Below are positions 43,001 to 51,163 of a stretch of DNA of 55,242 nucleotides, one piece after another. The translations under genes and the position numbers were made by a program. Every line of letters starts with the position of its first letter. Positions within the stretch are counted from its first letter, which is position 1. The notes beneath the pieces are model-generated. The model saw only the letters and a list, made by a program, of their open reading frames with translations, did no database searches and was not told the DNA's origin. The stretch is from a virus: the IMG/VR virus record IMGVR_UViG_3300045988_053272; one strand, 5' to 3'.

Positions 43001-43602
43001 TGGACGAGCTGCAGACGGCGCTTGCTGAGGACATTGAAGCGATGGACCTTGGCGACGAGGCCAAGGCAAGCGCGCAGGCCACCATTCAGGGATTTATCGA
43101 CGGAGCTGTCGGTATGCTGCCCCAGGTGACCGCCGCCTACAACCGCGTCGCCGCCGCAGCCAGAGCCGCACTGTCCGCATCCGGCACCGGAACGGCCGGC
43201 AGCATTCCCGGCTACGCAGTTGGTACGCAGTCCGCCGCACCCGGCTTTGCCCTCGTCGGCGAAAACGGCCCGGAGCTGGTCTACTTCAATGGCGGCGAGC
43301 AGGTCATGACCGCCGAGGAGACCGCCGCCATGCGCGAGAGCATGGAGATCCAGGCCATCACCTTCGCCCCGCAGCTGCTGGAGGCACTGCACGCCATTCA
43401 TGGCGACGGCGCGCTTTCGGCAGAGCCGGGCGCAGGCTCCGGCGCAGGATCGGTGGAGCTGCAGATCGTGTTTCAAATCAACGGCAGCGCATCGCCCGAG
43501 ACGGTGGAAGCTCTGCGTGAGTACGGAGACGAGTTCGCCGAGCGCGTCCTTGAAGTCATGGAGGAGGCCGGCATCGACACCGCAAGGAGGGCCTACAAAT
43601 GA
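40003..43602 (+). CDS. Tail tape-measure protein (1199 aa)
   Basis: Length, coiled-coil Ala/Gln/Glu-rich sequence, a hydrophobic central segment and position. Confidence 0.9.
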   Translation: MAGRKEYEMLFQLNAQLGGSYSKTFKAAQQEIVSMQKEIQALSKTQADISAFQKQQAAVEATRKRLEMLRQQYDNIQREMEETGNESADMKNKLLAKQLQIDKTSASLEKQTTKLNELSSALEEAGVNTDDLSHSSEQLSGKIDDLKKKQGEAADKAMTFGDKAGQAFNQVHEAIVAAGIAVALKEIYEYFASCAQASMDFESAITGVAKTTDLTDEELAAMSDSIKALSTEIPATTEEIAAVAEAAGQLGIQKDVLLDFTEIMTMLGTATNMTADEAATALARFANITGMATDNYGRLGSVIVDLGNNFATTESEIVAMGTRLASAGKLAGLTEPEIMALAAAMSSVGIEAEAGGTAMTQTLNAIEKAVAKGGDDLAEFARIAGMSSEEFSSAWKNDAMSALTSFIGGLGKLDEQGESTVLVLEDLGLTGIRQSNMLKALGLAADQMTGAVNTANTAWQQNTALTNEANKRYATAQSRLTMMQNAYNNLKVAIGDAYTPALSEAYGVGTKVLNEITKFVQANPGVVAAITGLSAALGAAAVAAAAFALKAKIAAAAAAFLTTVTPGVNLIMGVAAAVGVVTAGIIALASSAANDAVPSVKELTEAARGMREAMDEAKATYDDTVTSTMAAAGVADTYIGKLEELEAAGLNTDEQHRQYHNTLALLCQVVPELADYIDLETDTINGGTEALRANTEAWKQNAMQQAYQNQLTELYSQYSAVLIEAEENSIGLTKAQYSLEAAQQKLSDTYAQMDALWADAQKQADAYYDQYGYYTDATAFLSQEYYDLQNSIYDTNNEIWAAEKSIKNYNKAMEEDADAVSEAEAEIALAEEAVKNLTAAMNEGTGASEEAAAQAGEFQAAISGVQEKINALVESYNEAYSAAYESISGQYQLWDEAAKVVATSAGSINSALESQITYWQDYNANLQSLTDRSADIEGLSDMIASFADGSSDSVNAIAGMAGATDEQLATMVANWKTLQQEQQNAAGSVADLKTDFTATMDELQTALAEDIEAMDLGDEAKASAQATIQGFIDGAVGMLPQVTAAYNRVAAAARAALSASGTGTAGSIPGYAVGTQSAAPGFALVGENGPELVYFNGGEQVMTAEETAAMRESMEIQAITFAPQLLEALHAIHGDGALSAEPGAGSGAGSVELQIVFQINGSASPETVEALREYGDEFAERVLEVMEEAGIDTARRAYK

Positions 43603-43811
43603 GTAAGACCTACACCACCATTCAGGGCGATATGTGGGACAGCATCGCCTTCTCCCAGCTGGGGAGCGAAGCGTACACCGACCGGCTGATGAATCTCAAT
43701 CCGCAGTATCTCGGGTACTACACCTTTCCGGCCGGGATCGTGCTGAAGCTGCCCGACCCTGCTGAGGATGTCGGCGATGCCCTGCCCCCGTGGAAGCAGG
43801 TGGTCGGATGA
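43599..43811 (+). CDS. LysM-like tail protein X (70 aa)
   Basis: YTTIQGDMWDSIAF...NPQYL...FPAGIVLKLP. Confidence 0.75.
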   Translation: MSKTYTTIQGDMWDSIAFSQLGSEAYTDRLMNLNPQYLGYYTFPAGIVLKLPDPAEDVGDALPPWKQVVG

Positions 43812-45157
43812 GCAGCCCGAATCAGGCGCGCCGCGTCACGGCGCAGATATTTTTCCAGGGCGCGGACATCACCGGCAGTATGCGCCCCTATTTCCTGTCG
43901 GCCACCTACACCGACAAGGAGGCGGACGGTACCGACGATCTGCAGCTGAAGCTTCAGGACCGCGATGATATATGGCTCAAAAAGTGGCTGGCCGATGCCA
44001 TCGACGCAGCAGCCTCCGCAGGGAGCCTGTCCGCGTCCTCCAAGGCCAAGACCGATAGTGTGGCAAAGTCCTACAAGGTCACCGCCAAAAGCGGCTTGAA
44101 TGTCCGCTCTGGCCCCAGCACCAGCTACGGTAAATACGGTGCTCTGGTCTGCGGCGCGGAGCTGCAGGTCGAGGGCATCGAAAACGGCTGGGCGAAGGTC
44201 AGCTATAACGGCAAAACCGCCTATGTCAGCGCATCGTACATCAAGGAATCCGGCGGCGGGGGCGGCGATGCTTCTGCCGCCGCTCCTGCCTCTGCTTCCG
44301 GCGCCGGCTTCAAGATCAGCGCCGTGTTCGTTCGGGAGAACTGGACGGGCGGCGGCAGGGATAAGGTGCTGGACTGCGGACAGTTTGAACTGGACAGCGT
44401 TGACGCCTCCGGTCCGCCGAACACCATCACCATCAAGGCGACGGCTCTCCCATATAGCGCACAGATCCGCCAGACAGAGAAATCCAAGGCATGGGAGGCC
44501 TACACGCTTTCCGGCATCGCAAACGAGATGGCCGCTGCCAACGGAATGACCTGTATGTTCCTCGCCAACAGCGACCCGTCCTATGGCCGCGTGGAGCAGT
44601 ACAAGCAGAGCGACATCGCCTTTCTCTCCAAGCTGTGCCACGAGGCGGGCATCTCTTTGAAAGCCACCAATAACCTGATCGTACTTTTCGACCAGGAGGA
44701 TTACGAGAAGAAATCCCCCGTGCTGACCATCGTCCGCGGCAGCGGCAGCTACACCAAGCACAAGCTGAACGCGGGAACGGCCGGAACGCAGTACGCTTCC
44801 TGCCGCGTCAGCTACACAGACCCCGGCACAGGAAAGTGCATCGAGGCCACCGTCAAGGTAGAGGACTACAACGACAAGGCCAAGAACAACCAGCAGCTGG
44901 AGATCACCGCAAAGGTGGCAAGCGTGGCCGAGGCCAAGACCAAGGCTGAAAAATATCTCCGGCTGCACAACAAGTACGCAAAGACCGCGACCTTTACGCT
45001 GCCCGGCAATCCGGATATCGTGGCCGGCGTCACAGCCAAGCTCACCGGCTGGGGTGCGTGGGACGGGAAATACATTGTGGAGCAGGCTGCGCACTCGGTC
45101 GGCTCGTCCGGCTATACCACGCAGGTCAAGCTGCGCAAGACATTGGAGGGATATTGA
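43808..45157 (+). CDS. Late-control-D / tail hub family protein with inserted SH3b-like domain (449 aa)
   Basis: ORF 43790..45157 trimmed to ATG 43808. The insert YKVTAKSGLNVRSGPSTSYGKYGALVCGAELQVEGIENGWAKVSYNGKTAYVSASYI lies at about 44069-44242. Confidence 0.75.
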   Translation: MSSPNQARRVTAQIFFQGADITGSMRPYFLSATYTDKEADGTDDLQLKLQDRDDIWLKKWLADAIDAAASAGSLSASSKAKTDSVAKSYKVTAKSGLNVRSGPSTSYGKYGALVCGAELQVEGIENGWAKVSYNGKTAYVSASYIKESGGGGGDASAAAPASASGAGFKISAVFVRENWTGGGRDKVLDCGQFELDSVDASGPPNTITIKATALPYSAQIRQTEKSKAWEAYTLSGIANEMAAANGMTCMFLANSDPSYGRVEQYKQSDIAFLSKLCHEAGISLKATNNLIVLFDQEDYEKKSPVLTIVRGSGSYTKHKLNAGTAGTQYASCRVSYTDPGTGKCIEATVKVEDYNDKAKNNQQLEITAKVASVAEAKTKAEKYLRLHNKYAKTATFTLPGNPDIVAGVTAKLTGWGAWDGKYIVEQAAHSVGSSGYTTQVKLRKTLEGY

Positions 45158-45507
45158 TGGACGAACTGCAGAATATCCTTTCGAGGCTCGTTCAGACCGG
45201 CACGGTAACGGCCGTCGACAGCGCAAAGCGCAGGGCTCGTGTCAAGTTTAAGGACACAGGCATCATTTCGGACTGGCTCTATGTGCTCCAGCACTACGGA
45301 GCGAATTTCTACATAAAGCCGGACGCAAAGCACACGCATGAGATCACGGACACCTTCACCGGCGGCGGCACAGCCAGCGAATTCCCCGACCATGACCACC
45401 TGCCCGGCTCGCATCTGACCTACTGGATGCCGAAGGTGAATGACCGCGTCCTCTGCCTATACCTTCCGGTATTCAACGGGGACGGTTTTGTGTTAGGAGG
45501 TTTTTGA
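45157..45507 (+). CDS. Baseplate spike / assembly protein V-like (116 aa)
   Basis: ORF 45058..45507 trimmed to ATG 45157. VQTGTVTAVDSAKRRARVKFKDTGIISDWLYVLQ. Confidence 0.7.
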   Translation: MDELQNILSRLVQTGTVTAVDSAKRRARVKFKDTGIISDWLYVLQHYGANFYIKPDAKHTHEITDTFTGGGTASEFPDHDHLPGSHLTYWMPKVNDRVLCLYLPVFNGDGFVLGGF

Positions 45508-45509
45508 GT

Positions 45510-45911
45510 ATGGGAATGGTCGGCTGTCTGGGCGACATCGTTTTTACGGTGTCTGACCGCACGATCGAAACGATCAATAATGTCACCTGGTCTGGGTCGG
45601 CCCGGTACGCGACCCATCAGCGGCACGGCACACACGCCCTTACGGAGTTCACCGGCCTTGACCCCGACAAGATGACCTTCGACATCGTTCTCTCCGCTTA
45701 CCTCGGCGTTGATCCTATCGCCGAGGTCGTGAAGCTGTGGAACTATGAGCGCGGCGGCATCGCCGTCCCGCTGGTGATCGGCAACAAGGGCTACGGGAAA
45801 TATCGCTGGTCCGTGCTTGATCACAAGATGAAGATGAAAACCTATGACGGACGCGGCAACGTCACCAGCGCCACCGTGTCCGTCAGCCTGCAAGAGTATC
45901 TGAGGGGGTAA
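45510..45911 (+). CDS. GpU-like tail protein (133 aa)
   Basis: ATG 45510 lies 9 nt after AGGAGG. The pattern resembles the P2 GpU family. Confidence 0.6.
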   Translation: MGMVGCLGDIVFTVSDRTIETINNVTWSGSARYATHQRHGTHALTEFTGLDPDKMTFDIVLSAYLGVDPIAEVVKLWNYERGGIAVPLVIGNKGYGKYRWSVLDHKMKMKTYDGRGNVTSATVSVSLQEYLRG

Positions 45912-45918
45912 AGCTGCC

Positions 45919-46239
45919 ATGAGCTACAAGGTGACCGCATCTGACATCGGCGCGGTGCAGCTCAACGAGACTGACACCGTACGCTCTGTCTTGCAGAATA
46001 TCGCCATTATCCTTTCCACGCGGCAGGGGACCTGTCCGTTGTATCGCGGCTTCGGTCTTCCTCAGAAGTTCGTGGATAAGCCTCTGCCGGTAGCTATGCC
46101 TATGATGTATTCCGAGGTCAAAGAGGCAGTGGAAGAATATGAGCCCCGCGCCGAGGTGGTGAATGTGACCTTTGCGGCCGACAGAAACGCCCCGGGCAGG
46201 CTGATCCCTACCGTGGAGGTGAACATCATCAATGAGTGA
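45919..46239 (+). CDS. Baseplate wedge protein, GPW/gp25 family (106 aa)
   Basis: SVLQNIAIILSTRQGTCPLYRGFG... Position before the J-like gene. Confidence 0.75.
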   Translation: MSYKVTASDIGAVQLNETDTVRSVLQNIAIILSTRQGTCPLYRGFGLPQKFVDKPLPVAMPMMYSEVKEAVEEYEPRAEVVNVTFAADRNAPGRLIPTVEVNIINE

Positions 46240-47371
46240 GAGAAATACGGGATATCAGTTCGTTTCTACCGACACCGAAGCGGTGGAATCGCTGCTGATC
46301 TCCATTTACGAAAAAATCACCGGCGTCAGCGTGAAGCCCGCCAGCCCCGAAAAACTGTTTATCCAGTTCGTGGCCGCCGTGGTGATCCAGGAGCGCGGGT
46401 TGAACAATTACACAGGCAATCAGAATATCCCAAGCCGCGCGGAAGGGGAAAACCTGGACGCGCTGGCCGAGCTGTTCTATGTCACGCAGCGCCCGGCGGC
46501 GCAGGCTGCGGTCTGCACCGAGCGCTTCCATATCTCCGAGGCACAGACCACGGCGATCCTCATTCCTTCCGGTACGCGCGTCACTGACGCCAGCGGTACG
46601 CTGACATGGGAGACGGTCGCGGATGCCTATGTGTCCATCGGCGAGACCTATGCCGATGTGCAGATCCGCTGCCAGACTGTTGGTGCGGTCGGCAACGGCT
46701 ACGCAGTGGGACAGATCAACACCTTCGTTGACCTGTTCGACTACTGTGAGCGCTGCGAAAACCTCACCGCCAGCGATGACGGCACAGACCAGGCCACTGA
46801 CGACGAGTTCTATGAGCTGATGCGCGCCAGTCAGGACGCTTACAGCTGCGCCGGGGCCAAGGGCGGGTATATCTACTTTGCCAAGCAGGTCAGCACCAAG
46901 ATCGCCGACGTGGTGGCGAACAGCCCCAGCGACGGAGCGGTGGACCTCTATGTCCTCATGGACGACGGCACCATCGCTACCACGGAGCTCAAGAATGCTG
47001 TCCTCGCTGCCTGCAACGATGACACGGTGCGGCCGCTGACAGACAAGGTCTCTGTCAAGGACCCGCAGAAGGTGAGCTACAATATCACCTTCACCTACTA
47101 TGTGCCGAAGGACAGCTCCCTCAGCTCCACGGAGATCAAGGCTGCGGTCGACAAGGCCGTGGCTGAGTTCGTCGCGTGGCAGTGCGGGAAGCTGGGGCGC
47201 GACATCAACCCCTCCGTGCTGATCGGAAAGCTCATGCAGACCGGCATCAAGCGCGTGGCGCTGACCAGCCCGGTCTTTACCACGCTGCGGGATGGCTCCG
47301 ACGACACGACGCCGCAGGTTGCGTCGGTCGGGACCATCACGGCCACGAATGGGGGCTACGAGGATGAATAA
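46232..47371 (+). CDS. Baseplate J-like protein (379 aa)
   Basis: Size, position and pattern. Confidence 0.8.
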   Translation: MSERNTGYQFVSTDTEAVESLLISIYEKITGVSVKPASPEKLFIQFVAAVVIQERGLNNYTGNQNIPSRAEGENLDALAELFYVTQRPAAQAAVCTERFHISEAQTTAILIPSGTRVTDASGTLTWETVADAYVSIGETYADVQIRCQTVGAVGNGYAVGQINTFVDLFDYCERCENLTASDDGTDQATDDEFYELMRASQDAYSCAGAKGGYIYFAKQVSTKIADVVANSPSDGAVDLYVLMDDGTIATTELKNAVLAACNDDTVRPLTDKVSVKDPQKVSYNITFTYYVPKDSSLSSTEIKAAVDKAVAEFVAWQCGKLGRDINPSVLIGKLMQTGIKRVALTSPVFTTLRDGSDDTTPQVASVGTITATNGGYEDE

Positions 47372-47951
47372 GGCGCACGGCATCACGAAGGAAAACCTGC
47401 TGGCCTCCTTGCCGGCAGTCCTTGCCAATGACGACAATATGGCAGCACTTGCCTCTGCCGTTGCCGAGGTGCTGGCTGCCCGCGTAGGCGAGATCGAGCG
47501 CGTGTCGATCTACTCACAGATCGACCGGCTCCCGAACGAGCTGCTGGACATTCTGGCGAACGACTTCAAGGTTGACTGGTGGGACGCCAACTACACCCTG
47601 GAGGAAAAGCGCCGGACGCTGAAAGACTCATGGAATGTTCACCGCAGGCTCGGCACCAAGGCGGCGGTCGTGCTGGCAATCTCCGCCATCTACCCCGATA
47701 CGCAGGTCAGCGAATGGTGGGAATACGGCGGCAAGCCGTACCACTTCAAGCTGCTGATCGACGCCACCTATGAGGATGTCGACCCCGTCAGACATCAGCG
47801 CGTGATCGACCGCGTTGACTTTTACAAGAATCTGCGCTCGGTGCTGGACGAGGTAGAATACTACGATGCCGGAGGACTGGCAACAGAGTATTTCGGCGCG
47901 GCCTGTATCGGCTGCGAGCTGGTCGACAGCGCGGCCGCCATTCGATACTGA
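47364..47951 (+). CDS. Tail protein I-like (P2 gpI family), 195 aa
   Basis: ORF 47292..47951 trimmed to ATG 47364. LLDILANDFKVDWWDANYTLEEKRRTLKDSWNVHRRLGTKAAV. Confidence 0.75.
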   Translation: MNKAHGITKENLLASLPAVLANDDNMAALASAVAEVLAARVGEIERVSIYSQIDRLPNELLDILANDFKVDWWDANYTLEEKRRTLKDSWNVHRRLGTKAAVVLAISAIYPDTQVSEWWEYGGKPYHFKLLIDATYEDVDPVRHQRVIDRVDFYKNLRSVLDEVEYYDAGGLATEYFGAACIGCELVDSAAAIRY

Positions 47952-47968
47952 CACGGAGGTGTTTTACT

Positions 47969-50677
47969 ATGGCAACATGGAACGGCGTCATCACCAACGC
48001 CGGCAACAGCCTGCTCAATGAGTGGGTGAATGAAAAGGCCCTGAACTTCGACAGCGCAGCTGCGGGGCAGGGCACCGTCGCGGCAGCGGCAATGATGGCA
48101 CAGACCGCCCTCGTCAACGAAAAGCAGACCGCGAGCCTGCTGGGCGGCGAGAGGGTATCTTCCGGCATTCGCCTGAAGCTCCGCATCGCTGCGCCGAATA
48201 CGGCCTATACGCTGAATCAGTTCCGCGTATCTGCCAGCGTGGACGGAGGAGCGTCCGCCATGATCGCCTTGTTCCAGCTGGAGCAGGGCGTTCCCATTCC
48301 CAGCAAGACAGAATCGCCGGATTTCGTCTACACCTTTTACGCGCTGATCTCCTGCTCGAATACCGGCACATGGACGGTGACGGTCGACACCAGCGCCTGC
48401 GTCACACAGAGCGATATGTCCGCTGCCATCACTGAGGCGGTAAAGACCAAGCAGGACAAGATCATGGTCAAGGGTCTGCTGCTGGGCGACGGGAACGGGA
48501 ATATCTCTGCGGCAGTCGCCGGAAAGGACTACGGTTATCCACTTGCAACAGGCTCAGGAGCGCCGACAGCCACGACCGAGGGTACCGCAGGGCAGCACTA
48601 CTATGACAGCGCTACGGGCAAGGAATACGTCTGCAGCGGCAAGGACAGCAGCGGCAAGTATCAGTGGAAGCTGTCCGGCGCCAGCGACGCGGCCGATCTG
48701 ACCTATAACGGTAAATCGCTCGACACCTTCCTTGATGGCGTTTCCGGCGACCTCGACACGCTCTCCAAGGGGCTGGACGGAAGTAAGCCACTCACCGGCA
48801 AGACCGATCCGACCTCCAGCACGAAGGGCTCGGTCGGCCAGTCGTATCTGAACACAGACACCATGCAGACCTTCTACTGCACGGCAGCCAACGATCAGAC
48901 CGGCGTATACACATGGGAAAAGCCCAAGGGCGGCGGCGTGGCTCCACAGCTGGAGGTCTCTGTTGCCACCGGATCGGCTATCACCTGTACGAACGGCGAG
49001 ACTACGCTGACTGGCACCAGCGTCGGCGGTAAATGCGTTTTTGATCTCCCTGGCTACGGTACATGGTCGCTGTATGCCACGCTGAACGGGCAGACCACCG
49101 CCACCGAGACTGTGGTCGTGGATCAGGTCAAGCAGTACGCGGTGACGCTGAGTTACTTCGCGGCTACGCTGACCGTAACGGCGGAATCCGGCGCAGTCGT
49201 GACCGCCACGCTTGGCGCGAAGCAGTATACCGGCACCTGCGGCAGCAACGGCAAGTGTGCGCTGACCGTCAACTATGCCGGCACCTATTCCGTGACGGCC
49301 ACCAAGAGCGGGGTATCCTCGTCCACGGCGTCTGCGGCGGTGTCGACCTCCGGCGGCAGTTACACCGCAACGGTGAAGTTCTGCACCATCACCGTCACCA
49401 TCGACAGCGGCTCTACGGTCAAGGCGGTCAACGGTTCCACCACGCTCACGGCCACCAGCAACGGAACGGCAAAGTTCTACCTGCCGAACACCGGCACGTG
49501 GAGCGTCACCGCCACCAAGAACGGCGAGACGGCCACCGGCAGCGTAGCTTGCAGCTCCTACACCGGCTATACGCTGGAGCTGTCCTATGTCAAGGTCTTC
49601 GGTGTCTGCTGGAATTACAGTGCGCAGTCGACGGCTCTGACGCGGCTGAAAAAGGCCACCGATCCGAACGGACTGGTCAATGTCGACATCACCACGAATC
49701 CCTCCCCCGCAGTCGGCACCGGCGCCGGAAGCTCACCCTTCGACAACTATCTCCCGTGGAGCGGCATGGACGAGTACAACATCATCAACAATGCCGTAAG
49801 CTACAAGAAGGGGCAGAGCGGCTTCTCTCGAAGCAGCTACGATACCGTTGTCTTTATCCCCGAGTATTACTTCCGTATTATCGACGATGCCGCCAACAAG
49901 AAACGGTACTTCTACATCGCGGATAAGGCCAAGAGCGGCTTCACCAAGCACCCCGGCTCCGGCAAGTATGTCGGCCGCTACAACACGATCTCCGGCCATT
50001 ATTCCAAGACCGGCGCTGCGCCGCTGGTCAACCTGACCCGCGCATCGGCTCGTTCCGGTGCCAGAGGAAAGGGTAGTAAGTGGAGCGAGTATGACTTCGC
50101 GTCTTGGTGCGCGGTCTGGCTGCTCTATTTGGTGGAGTTTTCCGACTGGGACAGCCAGAGCAAAATCGGGCGCGGCTATGTCGACGGCAACAGCTCTGCC
50201 ATTTCTTCCGGCGGCACGGACAGCATGACTTACCATACCGGACGCGCAGCTGGGACGAATGGAAAGACCGCCGTCCAGTACCGGCACATCGAGAATCCCT
50301 ACGGCAATGTCTTCGAGTGGGTCGACGGCATCAACTTCTCTGATGGTACCGTCTATGTCTGCCTGAACCCTGCGAGCTATGCAGATGACACCGCAAACAA
50401 TTACACGAACATTGGCACTAAAATCCAAAACAACGGCTACATTAGCGCCATCGGCGTAGCGGCTGCCATGCCCTGGGCGTTCTATCCCACGGCGGTCGGA
50501 GGCAGCGAGACGACCTATATTCCGGACTACGCCTACTGCAACTCTGGCTGGCGTGTCCTCCACGTCGGTGGCTACTGGAACGACGGCGGCTATGCCGGCC
50601 TTTTCTACTTCTTCGCGGACTACTCGTCTTCCGACACGTACTCCGGCGTCGGCGCGCGACTCCTTTTCCACCCCTAA
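47969..50677 (+). CDS. Tail fibre protein with C-terminal C-type-lectin/FGE-fold tip carrying the DGR variable region (902 aa)
   Basis: Tail-collar-type N-terminus. Three roughly 60-aa beta-rich repeats. The C-terminal WRVLHVGGYWNDGGYAGLFYF... region ends 12 nt after the VR. Confidence 0.85.
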   Translation: MATWNGVITNAGNSLLNEWVNEKALNFDSAAAGQGTVAAAAMMAQTALVNEKQTASLLGGERVSSGIRLKLRIAAPNTAYTLNQFRVSASVDGGASAMIALFQLEQGVPIPSKTESPDFVYTFYALISCSNTGTWTVTVDTSACVTQSDMSAAITEAVKTKQDKIMVKGLLLGDGNGNISAAVAGKDYGYPLATGSGAPTATTEGTAGQHYYDSATGKEYVCSGKDSSGKYQWKLSGASDAADLTYNGKSLDTFLDGVSGDLDTLSKGLDGSKPLTGKTDPTSSTKGSVGQSYLNTDTMQTFYCTAANDQTGVYTWEKPKGGGVAPQLEVSVATGSAITCTNGETTLTGTSVGGKCVFDLPGYGTWSLYATLNGQTTATETVVVDQVKQYAVTLSYFAATLTVTAESGAVVTATLGAKQYTGTCGSNGKCALTVNYAGTYSVTATKSGVSSSTASAAVSTSGGSYTATVKFCTITVTIDSGSTVKAVNGSTTLTATSNGTAKFYLPNTGTWSVTATKNGETATGSVACSSYTGYTLELSYVKVFGVCWNYSAQSTALTRLKKATDPNGLVNVDITTNPSPAVGTGAGSSPFDNYLPWSGMDEYNIINNAVSYKKGQSGFSRSSYDTVVFIPEYYFRIIDDAANKKRYFYIADKAKSGFTKHPGSGKYVGRYNTISGHYSKTGAAPLVNLTRASARSGARGKGSKWSEYDFASWCAVWLLYLVEFSDWDSQSKIGRGYVDGNSSAISSGGTDSMTYHTGRAAGTNGKTAVQYRHIENPYGNVFEWVDGINFSDGTVYVCLNPASYADDTANNYTNIGTKIQNNGYISAIGVAAAMPWAFYPTAVGGSETTYIPDYAYCNSGWRVLHVGGYWNDGGYAGLFYFFADYSSSDTYSGVGARLLFHP
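50527..50665 (+). repeat. DGR variable repeat (VR), 139 bp
   Basis: Aligns without gaps to 50899-51037. 13 mismatches, every one opposite an adenine of the other copy. Confidence 0.9.
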
Positions 50678-50684
50678 TGGGGGA

Positions 50685-50704
50685 CCGGGGGCCGCAGCCC
50701 CCGG
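50685..50704 (+). promoter_or_regulatory. GC hairpin just 3' of VR (DGR target-recognition-type hairpin)
   Basis: CCGGGGGC cgca GCCCCCGG: perfect 8-bp stem with a 4-nt loop, 20 nt after the VR. Confidence 0.7.
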
Positions 50705-50898
50705 AGCTTTCCCGCCTGCACTATTTGGCGGCATGAGCGCAAGCCCAAAAGCTGAATGGGGTACGGGGCGAAGCCCCGTCGACACGATTTTTGAAAATAA
50801 CGTATTCTGTTATTTTCTCCCGTTTTTCCGTATGCGTGGCAGGCCGGAGGTATAATTATCTCCGGGACTGTCTGCGCCATGCGCCGAGGGCTTGATTT

Positions 50899-51037
50899 CT
50901 ACGCCAACTACAACTCTGGCTGGCGTGTCCTCCACGTCGGTGGCAACTGGAACAACGGCGGCAATGCCGGCCTTTTCTACTTCAACGCGAACAACTCGTC
51001 TTCCGACACGAACTCCAACGTCGGCGCGCGACTACTT
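50899..51037 (+). repeat. DGR template repeat (TR), 139 bp
   Basis: The adenine-rich (AAC-codon) copy of the VR. Lies 126 nt upstream of the RT gene. Confidence 0.9.
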
Positions 51038-51163
51038 GTTTTTCTTTTTGACTGGCGCGGGCTTTCCCTCACCGCTTGGTGAAAATATTGCCGCATAGGA
51101 CGGGGTTAAGTAGGCTTCGGCTCGAACAATCTCGCAGGCAAACAAGGACGGAGGGAAAATCCT

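Noticed and set aside
50674-50880. Minus-strand 68-aa ORF between VR and TR, and the 140-aa ORF 52203..52625, as possible Avd accessory proteins of the DGR.
   Set aside because: The first is on the wrong strand, lacks an RBS and overlaps the regulatory hairpins. The second is acidic with a long coiled coil, unlike the basic four-helix-bundle Avd.
50879-51082. ORF of 67 aa resembling the tail-fibre tip (NSGWRVLHVGGNWNNGGNAGLFYF...), which could be taken for a paralogous receptor-binding gene fragment.
   Set aside because: It is the DGR template repeat read in frame. It has no RBS, and the similarity ends exactly at the repeat borders. It functions as RNA template, not as protein.
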